59,260 bases of DNA from Ktedonobacteria bacterium. Lineage in GTDB: Bacteria > Chloroflexota > Ktedonobacteria > Ktedonobacterales > JADMIN01. How positions within the stretch are numbered: the first letter of the stretch is position 1; every line of letters starts with the position of its first letter. Position numbers and translations under genes: made by a program. The notes under the pieces were generated by a model, which worked only from the letters and a program-made list of their open reading frames with translations, did no database searches and was not told the DNA's origin. This document shows positions 1-9,485 of this stretch, one piece after another. The DNA lies in assembly GCA_027307065.1 (NCBI GenBank), contig DAHUXT010000001.1, forward strand, positions 1 to 59,260. The letters are read 5' to 3'.

Positions 1-162
1 GCACACCGGCCGGCCGTCGACAGTGCCGTAGCCCGTGATGACGCCGTCGCCATACGGGCGGTTGCGCTCCTGCCCGAAGTTGGTGGAGCGGTGCCGGGCG
101 AACTCGTCCAGCTCCACGAAGGAGCCTTCGTCCAGCAGCAGCGCGATCCGCTCGCTATCGTG
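1..162 (-). pseudogene. acyl-CoA carboxylase carboxyltransferase beta subunit (PccB/AccD5-like), 5'-truncated fragment running off the left edge
   Basis: Minus-strand translation of 1..162 reads [54 protein letters not shown], the conserved N-proximal block of carboxyltransferase beta subunits. An in-frame stop (tca on + strand) lies at 163..165 and no start codon follows it. It is absent from the ORF track because it is edge-truncated. Confidence 0.55.
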
Positions 163-690
163 TCAGCATGGCAGCCAGCACAGCACGACGCCGGCCTTAC
201 TCTCTTGCAGCCCGCCGATGCGCCGACGTCAGAGCAGTCGCCCGCGTTGGCCTTTGCCCGCGCAATGCGGACAGCCAGGGCGGCTGGCAACACGCTGGGC
301 TACCTCGACGTGACTATCAATGGCGAGGCTCCAGCCAGCCTGCTCTCGTCGCTGAGCGAGTGCACGCGCGTGCTGGGGAACACGCTGCTGGGTGTCCCGG
401 TAAAGCTGCGCCAGGCGCCCGCCGCCTACCACTCGACCGAGCAGAGCGAGATGGATGGTCCGCCCTATCTCGTCAGTCTGCGGCTGGTTGCGCGGCACTC
501 CGAGCGGTGCCTGATGGGAGCCTACACGAACACATTTTTGCACGCGCAGGCGGTCAGCACCTGGCAGGCGATGATGGAGGCTCAACGCCCGTGCTATCTG
601 CTCGTCGTCGAAGGTGCGCTCGTCGACGCGTCTGAGCCTCTGGCGGCCTTCTTCGCGCAGATTGAACGCGCGCTTCTGCCCGATGCGTGA
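160..690 (+). CDS. hypothetical protein (start uncertain: GTG 160 or ATG 265)
   Basis: Same frame as track ORF 91..690. G/C third positions are strongly favoured from about 160 onward. No recognisable family. The 5' part of the track ORF overlaps the antisense carboxyltransferase fragment and is probably not coding. Confidence 0.35.
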   Translation: MSAWQPAQHDAGLTLLQPADAPTSEQSPALAFARAMRTARAAGNTLGYLDVTINGEAPASLLSSLSECTRVLGNTLLGVPVKLRQAPAAYHSTEQSEMDGPPYLVSLRLVARHSERCLMGAYTNTFLHAQAVSTWQAMMEAQRPCYLLVVEGALVDASEPLAAFFAQIERALLPDA

Positions 691-704
691 CCGATGCCTG
701 TACT

Positions 705-2768
705 CTAGCCCACGGGATTGTACGCGCTGAACCAGTCGAGAATCTTGTGCAGACGCAGCACGCGCGAGCGAGGATGCCCGTTGCGCGAGAGGTCGTGTGT
801 CTGCTCCTCGAAGATGACGAGTTCGGTGACGCGGCCCAGGTATTTGAGCGCGGTGAAGAGCTGCATGCCCTCCGCGATGGGGCAGCGCAGATCGTTGTCG
901 CTGTGCAGTATCAGCAGCGGTGTATGGATGTTTTCGACGAAGGTGAATGGCGAGAACTGCGCCAGCCGCTCTGGCTCGGTCCAAGGGGTTGCGCCGCCGA
1001 GTTCATCAATCGTCAGCTCCCAGCCGATATCGCTAATGCCGAACATCGTCGTCATGCTGACCACGCTGCGCATCGTCACTGCCGCTTTGAAGCGGTCGCT
1101 ATGCCCGACGGCCCAGTTGGTCATAAACCCGCCGTAGCTGCCGCCCGCGATGCCCAAGCGAGTGCCGTCGATGCCACCCTTTGCCAGCGCAGCGTCCAGT
1201 CCCGCCAGAATGTCCTGGTAGTCTTTGCCGCCCCAGTCGTTGAGCACCGCTGCCGAGAAGGTGCGCCCATACCCGGTGCTGCCACGGGGATTGGTGTAGA
1301 TGACCGCGTAGTCGCGCGCCACCAGCACCTGGAATTCTATGAAGAATCCGTAGCCGTACATGGCCATCGGGCCGCCGTGCACCTCCAGCACTGCTGGGAC
1401 GTCCACCGTCTCGCCAGCGCCTGTCTGCGGTGGACGCAGAATCCAACCCTGCAGCTCCCAGTCGTCCGCGCCAAGGAAGCTATATTCCTCCGGCCACGCC
1501 AGCTCGATCTCGCTCAATAGCTCCTCATTCAGGTGGGTCAGCCGCTCCATCACCGGCGCGGTATTCTCGCCGAGATCTACCTCCTGCATGTAGAGGTCGC
1601 CCGGTATGTTTGGATCAGAGACGGCCAGCGCGAACCGGCGGCAGGCGTCGTCCATCGAGAAACCGTAGATCCGGCGTGAGCCTTCGGTGAGACGGCGTGG
1701 CAACCGGTTGTCCGATGGATGCGCGCCATAGACATGGGTCGTGCCTCGCATCGAGCCGGTGAAGAAGATATCGTTGCCGTCTGGCGACCAGACGAGGTGC
1801 GCTCCGCCGTGGCCCGCGCGCATGTCGTCGATGCAGGTATCGTCGCAGGTGGGCACAAAATCGGTGGTGAGTTGGCGGTGCTTGCCGGGGTTATTGGCGA
1901 GCACGACGCAGAGGTCGGTGTGGCCATCACTCTCGCGGCGGGCTGTAGAGAGAAAGGCTATCGTCTTGCCATCGGGCGACCATTTCGGCGCGTGGCATGA
2001 GAGCGACTCGTCGGTCATGCGGGTGAGCGCGCCGCTTGCCTGATGCAGCGTCCAGATCGAGGCGCCTGGCCATGTCCAGCGGTCATCGGTGCGGTCCGAG
2101 GCAAAGACAATTATGCTGCCATCGGGCGACCAGTCTGGCTCGCCGTCGTCGTAGTCGCCATCGGTCAATTGCTGAGGATCGCCGCCATCCGCCGCGACGG
2201 AGAAGATGTGCGTCCGTTGCTCGTAGATAAACCCGACGCCATCCAGTTTGTGCCAAAGGCGGGTGATGGTGCGCACCCGCGGCAGGTGGTTCGCCTCTTC
2301 GCCAATTGCCGCATCCTCCACCTCTGGCTCTTCTGGCTCGCCCACCTTCGCGGTGAACAGCAGCGTTTTGCCATCGGGCGACCACGTCGGCGAACCTGCG
2401 CCGTATCGCTGCTTCGTCAGCTGCGTTGGCTCGCCACCATCGAGCGGCAGAATCCAGATCTGGCCCTGACCCTCGCCCGCATCGCGCGCGGTTTTCGTAT
2501 GCGGCGGTGTCGGACGCGCGGGGCTGCGTACAAAGGCGAGCGCGTGGCCATCGGGCGACCAGCGAGGTGTATGATCGTTCGGTCCGGCGGTCAGGCGGCG
2601 TGGCTCACCACCGTCCGCGGCGACGAGCCAAATCGAGCGCCGGTACTCGTAGCTCTCACGGTCCATGCTCTGCACGACGTAGGCGATGCGCGACCCATCG
2701 GGAGAAATACGCGTATCTTCGACGAGGCGCATGGCGTAGAGGTCTTCCGGGACGAGTGGTCGTGTCAT
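705..2768 (-). CDS. S9 family serine peptidase (prolyl oligopeptidase / acylaminoacyl-peptidase type) with N-terminal TolB-like beta-propeller
   Basis: 687 aa. Repeated SPDG/WSPDG propeller motifs in the N-terminal half. C-terminal alpha/beta hydrolase with nucleophile elbow GGSYGG and a distal D and H (HSDNDLRCP ... QTHDL). Confidence 0.9.
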   Translation of the reverse strand: MTRPLVPEDLYAMRLVEDTRISPDGSRIAYVVQSMDRESYEYRRSIWLVAADGGEPRRLTAGPNDHTPRWSPDGHALAFVRSPARPTPPHTKTARDAGEGQGQIWILPLDGGEPTQLTKQRYGAGSPTWSPDGKTLLFTAKVGEPEEPEVEDAAIGEEANHLPRVRTITRLWHKLDGVGFIYEQRTHIFSVAADGGDPQQLTDGDYDDGEPDWSPDGSIIVFASDRTDDRWTWPGASIWTLHQASGALTRMTDESLSCHAPKWSPDGKTIAFLSTARRESDGHTDLCVVLANNPGKHRQLTTDFVPTCDDTCIDDMRAGHGGAHLVWSPDGNDIFFTGSMRGTTHVYGAHPSDNRLPRRLTEGSRRIYGFSMDDACRRFALAVSDPNIPGDLYMQEVDLGENTAPVMERLTHLNEELLSEIELAWPEEYSFLGADDWELQGWILRPPQTGAGETVDVPAVLEVHGGPMAMYGYGFFIEFQVLVARDYAVIYTNPRGSTGYGRTFSAAVLNDWGGKDYQDILAGLDAALAKGGIDGTRLGIAGGSYGGFMTNWAVGHSDRFKAAVTMRSVVSMTTMFGISDIGWELTIDELGGATPWTEPERLAQFSPFTFVENIHTPLLILHSDNDLRCPIAEGMQLFTALKYLGRVTELVIFEEQTHDLSRNGHPRSRVLRLHKILDWFSAYNPVG

Positions 2769-2774
2769 AGGTCG

Positions 2775-3200
2775 CTAATCCTCCGATGCTTCGGCAACAG
2801 GTTTCCGGTAGTTGCGGTCAACTTCACTGAGCACCGCGCCAGGGATGCTCCAGGTCTCTGCTGTGAAGATATGATATTCGCCATCGCAGACGGGCACGGG
2901 CCGCGAGCAGCGCAGATGAGGCACGAGCCGGAACCGCAGTTCGTCGCCCTCGACGTGCACCCAAATGTGGCGGCGGGTGTATCCGTGACCCCAGCGAAAA
3001 ATGACGCCCGAGTCGTACTCCTCGAATGACCCTCGCCCCTGCAGCGCGTTGCTATTGAGCCTGCGGAGAATCTCGGCGACACCGCTCTCGCGCAGCACTC
3101 GCCGCGCATTCTCGCGGATGGCTTTGCGGCGCGCATCATCCACCGGCGCCTCGTCGTCATCGCGTGGAGGGTTGGAAAGCTCTGCATCGTTCATCTGCAT
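2775..3200 (-). CDS. hypothetical protein
   Basis: Track ORF 2775..3251. ATG verified at 3200 and 3194 (MQMNDAEL...). Lies 7 nt upstream of the peptidase gene on the same strand. No family recognised. Confidence 0.5.
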   Translation of the reverse strand: MQMNDAELSNPPRDDDEAPVDDARRKAIRENARRVLRESGVAEILRRLNSNALQGRGSFEEYDSGVIFRWGHGYTRRHIWVHVEGDELRFRLVPHLRCSRPVPVCDGEYHIFTAETWSIPGAVLSEVDRNYRKPVAEASED

Positions 3201-3269
3201 GTATACCGCTTTCTTCGGCTCGAAAGACTCCTGCCTTCTATTGTAGCGCACGAGATATATGCCTGAACT

Positions 3270-3779
3270 TCAGGATACAGGGGTGGTATCGGTATCTCCC
3301 GCGCCGGGGGGCCGTTGCGCCTGTTGCATCCGGCGAGCCAGAGCATCACCTGCTGGCAGACCGCGAACTATCTGCCAGAGCGCATGCTTCATCGCTTCAA
3401 CGTGCTGCGTGGAAACCTGGGCGCTCAGCGCGGAATAGAGCGCCGACTCGATGGTCTCTACCTGGCTCGCGGCCGTGCGCCCACGCGTGGTAAGCGTCAG
3501 AACAACCTTGCGTTTGTCCTCGGGCGAGGGCTCGCGCGCGATATGGCCCGACGCGACCAATCCAGCGACCAGGCGACTGGGACTACCCTGTTCACACACC
3601 AGGAGTGAACCAAGCTCGATCAACGCAAGCGGCTGCCAGTCCTGCAGTACACGCAGCACCTCGGCTTGTGACGGCGTGAGTCCCAGGGGCTGTAGCGCCT
3701 CCGCGAGGAAGCGATTCCCCTCGCGCTGCGCCGCAAGGATCAAGTAGCGTACTTCCTCGATGGGCTGCATGGATCTCAT
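3270..3779 (-). CDS. MarR family transcriptional regulator
   Basis: Winged-helix MarR pattern (LTPSQAEVLRVL...IELGSLL...PSRLVAGLVASGHIAREPSPEDKRKVVLTLTTRG). ATG verified at 3779, 1 nt after the TGA of the upstream MBL gene (tgacatg). Confidence 0.85.
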   Translation of the reverse strand: MRSMQPIEEVRYLILAAQREGNRFLAEALQPLGLTPSQAEVLRVLQDWQPLALIELGSLLVCEQGSPSRLVAGLVASGHIAREPSPEDKRKVVLTLTTRGRTAASQVETIESALYSALSAQVSTQHVEAMKHALWQIVRGLPAGDALARRMQQAQRPPGAGDTDTTPVS

Positions 3780-3780
3780 G

Positions 3781-4659
3781 TCACATCGTCCGCACTTCAT
3801 TGCTGGTTTGTCGCGCCGCTTCGGCATTCGCAGGCAAGACACGTCGCTGGCTCAGCCGCTGAGCCGATGCGGGATCGTGCGAGGGTAGGTAGACGGTGGG
3901 TATTGACCGGGCAAACGCGAGAATGTGGCGATGGGTGTCGATCTCTTGCGCCTCGTTCGCGCTAACCCCGTCGGGCGCGCGCTCGATCAGTAGTTCCTCG
4001 GTGTACGAGGTATCGCCAGCCAGAAAAATGGCATGTTCCCCATCTTGAACAATGACGGAGAGATGCCCCGGAGTATGGCCGGGCGTAGGAACAAGCATCA
4101 CATCACACGCTTTCGTCACGGGCAGGGTTTGCGTGAACGGGCCATAGGGATGATTCTCGAAATCCAGCAGACGTGGCGCGAACGAGGCGGGCCACCGATT
4201 GTTCATATATCCCTCGATGCGCCCGCGGAGCCCACGAGCCCTGGCGTATTCAACGCGTGACACCAGCGTCTCAACGCCATCAAAGTGTGCGAGTCCACCG
4301 GCGTGGTCAGTGTGCAGGTGGGTCATTACGAGCCAGCGTACATCTCGCTGAGGATCAATGCCCATGCGGCGGAGTTGTGGGCCAATCTCGTCTTCGGGGC
4401 GAACCCACTCTTTTACCGCAAAGCGGAAGTAGAGATGCCAACCTGGGAAGTACCCCGGCTGGCTTGCACGGGACGTCTCGCCGGTATCTACGACAATGAT
4501 GCCCTCTGGATGCTCGATGACCCAGGCGTAGATCGGCAGTGGCTCGGTCCAGCGGCGGTCGAGCAACGTATTGAGCCGCCGGAGCGTGCCGTGGCCCTTC
4601 CCGCGACGCCAGTTCTGCGTAATAGCGACGGATCCGGTCTGAATAGCATGGATGCGCAT
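3781..4659 (-). CDS. MBL-fold metallo-hydrolase (N-acyl-homoserine-lactonase-like)
   Basis: 292 aa with metallo-beta-lactamase motif HLHTDHAGG plus downstream TPGHTPGH and GD..Y. Translationally adjacent to marR. Confidence 0.85.
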   Translation of the reverse strand: MRIHAIQTGSVAITQNWRRGKGHGTLRRLNTLLDRRWTEPLPIYAWVIEHPEGIIVVDTGETSRASQPGYFPGWHLYFRFAVKEWVRPEDEIGPQLRRMGIDPQRDVRWLVMTHLHTDHAGGLAHFDGVETLVSRVEYARARGLRGRIEGYMNNRWPASFAPRLLDFENHPYGPFTQTLPVTKACDVMLVPTPGHTPGHLSVIVQDGEHAIFLAGDTSYTEELLIERAPDGVSANEAQEIDTHRHILAFARSIPTVYLPSHDPASAQRLSQRRVLPANAEAARQTSNEVRTM

Positions 4660-4918
4660 CAGGATCGTATCTCCTCCCCTGTGGATATTGATGACACGTC
4701 ATCAATGATACGTCATGTATTTGGTGCTGTCAAATCACGCTACGGGGATACGTGCCGAGTCCGCATGTGGAGAACTAAGCAGCGAGATTGGGTAGAAGCG
4801 AATGCGCGGTGGGTAGCACGAGACAACTTGATGAGGCGGTAAGGAATAGAGGAAGCAAAATCAACAGGGCAGGGGAACTTCCCCTGCCCTGCCGAACTGT
4901 TGCCTAAGCGATGATGTC

Positions 4919-5941
4919 CTACGGGGTGGATGTCACGCAGTGGCTGCCGCTGGCTGTCGTCGTGCCATTGCTCCAGATCGGCTGCACAGCATAGAAGTTC
5001 GAACCGAATGTGACGTTCGTGGAAACGCCGCCGTTCCCGTTCCAGGCGCACTTGTCGCCATTCTCGTCGCTGCCGCCGCCGGGACCCTGCCACGCGACCG
5101 TCGCGCTGGTGTTGGGGTTCATGTCGGTCTCGGCCTCGACAAACTCATGGCCGCCCACGATGGAGAAGCCGTCAAAGTAGCCGTTGCCGTAGCTGTTGTT
5201 GCTGGCGTTGACGAAGTTCATGCCGCAGCTCGAGCCGGCGTCGGGCATATAGGGGATGTAGCCATAGGCGACGTTGTTGCCGCTGCCGTCCGTTGTGTTG
5301 GAGTGCCATGCGCACCACTGCGTGCCGAAGCCGCTCATCGAATGGCCGCTGGGCGTGAAGACGAGATAGATTGCGTTGGCCTTGTACCCACCGGTCTGGG
5401 CCTCCAGGCGAACCGCCGCGCTGGCGATACTCGACTGGCTAATGCGCTTTGGCAGAGATGTCGTATCAACCCATGTGCCACCCAGCTCGCCCGCGCCATT
5501 GGTGATGTGCTGGCCGCTGGAGCCGCAATTCGTCGTGTTGACCGCGACGCCCTGGCAATATTGCGAATCGATATTGTGCCAGGAACTGCCGCCAACGTTG
5601 CCATAGAAGCCGGTCACATACGTCTGCGCCTGTGTGCTGCTATAGCCGCCAGAAGAGAAACCAGTATTCCAGTTCGTGCCCCACCAGCTAATATAGACGA
5701 CTGGGGCTGTGGAGACCGGGCCACCATGATAATACATCAGGCTGTTGGTGACGGATTGCCCACCCGCATGCAGCGGACGCATGATTTTGCCGTGAAAGAC
5801 TTCGGTGGAGGCAGCGGCACTCGGCGCATGGGCGCCAAAGCCAACGGCAACCGCTACCGAGAGAATAGCGAGCATGGACAATGGAATAACGGCAATACGA
5901 AACTTCTTCACCGCGATGCTTCTCCTTGTGAGTGACGCCAT
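4919..5941 (-). CDS. secreted protein, EXORDIUM / phosphate-induced protein 1 (Phi_1)-like
   Basis: N-terminal signal peptide (KKFRIAVIPLSMLAILSVAVAVGFGAHA). Contains YYHGGPV...VVYISWWG, AIYLVFTP...CAWHS, YGYIPYMPD..SCG and GHEFVEAETDMNP blocks, which recall the Phi_1 family layout. An alternative GTG start at 5911 has AAGGAGA upstream. Confidence 0.65.
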   Translation of the reverse strand: MASLTRRSIAVKKFRIAVIPLSMLAILSVAVAVGFGAHAPSAAASTEVFHGKIMRPLHAGGQSVTNSLMYYHGGPVSTAPVVYISWWGTNWNTGFSSGGYSSTQAQTYVTGFYGNVGGSSWHNIDSQYCQGVAVNTTNCGSSGQHITNGAGELGGTWVDTTSLPKRISQSSIASAAVRLEAQTGGYKANAIYLVFTPSGHSMSGFGTQWCAWHSNTTDGSGNNVAYGYIPYMPDAGSSCGMNFVNASNNSYGNGYFDGFSIVGGHEFVEAETDMNPNTSATVAWQGPGGGSDENGDKCAWNGNGGVSTNVTFGSNFYAVQPIWSNGTTTASGSHCVTSTP

Positions 5942-6363
5942 CCATCGGCGCCCTCGTATGGGGAATTACCAGAATCGTACGACGACACCCCCAACGAGCC
6001 GTCGTTGCCCGCAAAACAGCGCGAGTGACTCTGGATCACCGAATCCAACCAGGACAGCATGAGTGCGATGCGGGCGGACGCGTAAAACAGCACGCATGCG
6101 CCGGGAACCTCGATTCCCAGGGATCGTTTTACCGCCGCTTGCTCCGTGGTATCGCCCATAGGCGAAAGAGACTACGCATTATGGGCGTAGTCTTCTGCTC
6201 ATTACGGGCCAGCGGACAAGTTGGCGCGTAGTATAGAGGCAGGCAGACTGTGTGTCAAGTAGACATTTGCAATGCGCGAACGCGCCTTTGGCAGTAGCCG
6301 AAAAATCATGGGGCGAGTAGCCAAAATGGCGGGCCTTATGTAGATATCGAGGTGCTATGCCGG

Positions 6364-7317
6364 TCAGTCGCCGCTGCGTTGATCGATGTAGTAACTGCTG
6401 CCGGGGATGCTCTTCGCCCGCGACTTGATCTCGGCGGCGACCCGGCTGAATTCTTCCATTGTGGTGATCGACCGGTGCAGATTGGTCAACACGCCGATTG
6501 AGACGCCCACCAGCGGGTAGACCTGCGGATGTCCCTGACGGTCGCGCGCGACGAGCGAGCCACGCGCGAGATCCTCATCCGCATAATAACTTCGGCTCTC
6601 ATACGCCCAGGAGGCGATGATGCGCTTGCAGAGCAATTCCATACGGTCGGGGGTAGTGATAATGATGAAGTCATCGCCGCCGATATGCCCCAGGAAGTCT
6701 GTAGGGTTGCCATCGGAGCACAGACATTCCGATGCGACTCGCCCCAACAGGCGAATCAGATCATTGCCGCGTAATGGCCCATAGACATCGTTGTATGCCT
6801 TGAAATGATCCAGGTCGAGGTAGAGAATGGACCACGGGCGGGGCGACCGCAGTTGATCGGCGATGGCGTGTTCGACGCGCAGGCCAGAGGGAAGCGACGT
6901 GAGCGGCGAGAGCAGTGTCTCGTGCAGGTGGCGCAATTGGGTGCGGATGCGCGCGAGCAATTCTTCGCCATGGAACGGCTTCGTCATATAGTCGTCAACC
7001 CGCGAGGCGAAGGCGCGTACCTTGGAGGGATTGTCATGGAGGGCGCTGAGCACCAGCACCGGAATATGTGTCGTGCGGGCATTGGCGCGAATCGCGGTGA
7101 CGACATCAAAGCCATCGATGCCAGGGAGCAGCAGATCGAGCAGAATCAGTTGCGGTGGCTCGCGCAGCGCGTGCGCGATGGCGTCTTCGCCGGTGTGGAC
7201 AACGGACGGCACAAAGCCCTCTCTCGCCAACGTTTCACTGAGCATGTTGGCGATGGGTGCCTCATCTTCGACGATAAGAATGGAGGCGGGCGGCGATTCG
7301 ACAGCGGTGATATCCAT
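6364..7317 (-). CDS. response regulator receiver + GGDEF domain protein (GGDDF variant)
   Basis: ATG verified at 7317 (MDITAVESPPASILIVEDE...). REC signature (LIVEDE, LLDLLLPGIDG, KPF). The C-terminal GGDEF fold has GHIGGDDFIIIT. Confidence 0.85.
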   Translation of the reverse strand: MDITAVESPPASILIVEDEAPIANMLSETLAREGFVPSVVHTGEDAIAHALREPPQLILLDLLLPGIDGFDVVTAIRANARTTHIPVLVLSALHDNPSKVRAFASRVDDYMTKPFHGEELLARIRTQLRHLHETLLSPLTSLPSGLRVEHAIADQLRSPRPWSILYLDLDHFKAYNDVYGPLRGNDLIRLLGRVASECLCSDGNPTDFLGHIGGDDFIIITTPDRMELLCKRIIASWAYESRSYYADEDLARGSLVARDRQGHPQVYPLVGVSIGVLTNLHRSITTMEEFSRVAAEIKSRAKSIPGSSYYIDQRSGD

Positions 7318-7565
7318 CGCGCGCAACCTCCCTGCTTCGCCTGAAAGAATCCCCAAAGAGCGCCAAGTCGCGGCTGGGAAAGCATGTAGCCAGTATCTCA
7401 TGCGTATGCAGTTAAGTATACACACACAAGAATCCGCCGCCGCCATGATGCGCCTCACAGCCGCGAAAACAGCCCAAACGGGGTGGCCCATCTATACATG
7501 AGCTTTGGAGATGAGCTATGGGGCAAGCGTGCGTGGCACACATGGGGCGGCATGCTCCCTTGGCG

Positions 7566-8105
7566 TTACATCGGCTTTGCGAGTCCCTGATCTTCTTCCG
7601 TACTGGTGCGCTGCGCCCGTACGATCGCCTCGCGCTTGCCAGAGAGTGCGTCTAACAGCCGCTGGCGATGCTTGGGGAGAAACTTCTCGGGCAGGGCATC
7701 CGCGGCAAACCAGCCGACCTCAGAGACCTCATCGCTCGTTCCCGGCGGGCCAGATTCGGGGGCGACGTGGCAGAGAAAGGTGACGACGACCTCATTCTTG
7801 CGCGGCTTCGAATAGATGCCTACCACCCGCTCTATCGTCACGGTGAGGCAGACCTCCTCCATGACCTCGCGCGCCATGCCTTCGTCGACTGTCTCGCCAT
7901 ATTCCAGGCCACCGCCGGGCAGATTCCACCAGCCAATATCGCGGCGACGGGCCAGCAGATACTTCCCCTCGTGCTCGATAACCGCGAAAGCGCCTACGCG
8001 GAAGCGCGCTTTGGAGTCCGGCTGCTGCTGTCGCTCATTTGCCATAACGTCTCCCCGCATATCCATGCGCACAGCGTGTTGCTCTGGCAAGTTCTCCCAG
8101 AGCAT
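7566..8105 (-). CDS. NUDIX hydrolase
   Basis: Nudix box GGGLEYGETVDEGMAREVMEEVCL. An alternative ATG at 8045 (MANERQ...) was verified. Confidence 0.85.
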   Translation of the reverse strand: MLWENLPEQHAVRMDMRGDVMANERQQQPDSKARFRVGAFAVIEHEGKYLLARRRDIGWWNLPGGGLEYGETVDEGMAREVMEEVCLTVTIERVVGIYSKPRKNEVVVTFLCHVAPESGPPGTSDEVSEVGWFAADALPEKFLPKHRQRLLDALSGKREAIVRAQRTSTEEDQGLAKPM

Positions 8106-8137
8106 AGCACACGGGTAGAACGGGTAGAACCGGAGGT

Positions 8138-9325
8138 CTATGCCCTGGCGCTGGCAGCGGGCGCGGTGAAGGTGACTTCCAGTGCGCCCTCGGTCATGCG
8201 CGCGACGGTCGCTTCCATCGGCACGAGCACGGCGGGCAGCGCGATATCGCGCTTGAAGTTGCCGACCTCCACAATCAACTCGTCGCCCTTCTTGGTCATG
8301 ACGACCTTTGAAAGCTCCACATGCGGCAGTGGCAGCCGCAGCAGATAGCTCTCGCCGCGCTTGATCAGTTCTTGTGGACTGCCGCGGAAGAAGACCTGTG
8401 TCGGGTCGGTGTTGCCCCAGATTTCCGCGCCAAGCGCTGCCAGCGCCTCCGCGCCGAGCACCTCTTGCGAACGGTAGGGGGCGTCCCAGACGGGCAACGG
8501 AGCGAAGGTCGAGTGGATTTGTTCGTAGTAGCGGCGCTGTTGGGTCGCCATGTCGCGCAGCAGCGCATCTTGATAGCCGCCAGCCGGGGGCGGTGGCAGT
8601 ACTCGGTTACAGACGACGCCATCGATCGGATAGTCATACAGCGCGAGGTAGGTTTCGGCGCGCAGGGCCTCTTTGATGACCATCTTTTCCGGGTTGACCA
8701 CCAGCCGGTACGAGCTGATGTCTGGATTGGTCAGCACTTTGCGCAACGCCGCCACCTGATCATTCAGCTTTGCGAGCGAATCGAGCACGTTCACACCCGG
8801 CAAGAATGTCTTGAGCAGTGGCTTGGCCGCGTTGAGCGCCAGGCCCTTCCAGCCGTTCGCCTGATTGACATACCAGAGAAACGTCTCGGGCATGCTGAGC
8901 AGACGCACCGTCTCGCCGGTGGGCGCGGCGTCGATCACTACGACGTCGTAGTTGCTGTCGCGCGCCTGGCGGTAGATATTGAGCAGCGCCACGATCTCGT
9001 CCATTCCAGGAATCAGCGCCATCTCTTCGGCGGCCACATCGCTCGCGCCCTGCTTCTTGAGCGTGTTGGTGATGTAGTCCTGCACCTTGCTCCAGCCGGT
9101 GCGCATCTCCTCCAGGACGTTGATCTCTTGCGCCCAGAGCGAACTGGCGATCTGCATTGGCTCGGCGGTCAGCGGGCGATCGAGCGCATCGGCCAGACTG
9201 TGGGCCAGGTCGGTGCTGACGACGAGGGTGCGTTTGCCAAGCTGCGCGGCGCGGGCAGCAGTCGCGGCGGCGAGTGTCGTTTTACCGACGCCACCTTTGC
9301 CGAGGTAGAGAATGAGGCGCATCAA
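8138..9325 (-). CDS. ArsA/Get3 (TRC40)-family ATPase, single-domain
   Basis: 395 aa. Deviant Walker A GKGGVGKTT. Switch region VVIDAAPTGETVRLLSMPE (compare DTAPTGHT of ArsA/Get3). Confidence 0.85.
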   Translation of the reverse strand: MMRLILYLGKGGVGKTTLAAATAARAAQLGKRTLVVSTDLAHSLADALDRPLTAEPMQIASSLWAQEINVLEEMRTGWSKVQDYITNTLKKQGASDVAAEEMALIPGMDEIVALLNIYRQARDSNYDVVVIDAAPTGETVRLLSMPETFLWYVNQANGWKGLALNAAKPLLKTFLPGVNVLDSLAKLNDQVAALRKVLTNPDISSYRLVVNPEKMVIKEALRAETYLALYDYPIDGVVCNRVLPPPPAGGYQDALLRDMATQQRRYYEQIHSTFAPLPVWDAPYRSQEVLGAEALAALGAEIWGNTDPTQVFFRGSPQELIKRGESYLLRLPLPHVELSKVVMTKKGDELIVEVGNFKRDIALPAVLVPMEATVARMTEGALEVTFTAPAASARA

Positions 9326-9485
9326 AAGCTCCTGGATCTATCGAATGTCTATGCTGGAGAGCAATCCAGAGCTGTCTGGCGCCTCCCGATGGACGATGAT
9401 GTCACTATGGCAATCGGCACGATGATATCAGCGTACAAGGTCACATGCTATGTCATGTACGCCCGCGTTCCGCTAGGGGTTGCGC

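Noticed and set aside
687-1520. 277-aa plus-strand ORF, plus the neighbouring plus ORFs up to 3029
   Set aside because: It lies antisense to the S9 peptidase, whose frame carries clear family motifs. The shadow ORF translations are R/A/H-rich with no motifs, as expected in high-GC DNA.
4940-5935. 331-aa plus-strand ORF
   Set aside because: It lies exactly antisense to the signal-peptide-bearing secreted protein. The composition (A/R/G-rich) and the lack of an SD argue against it.
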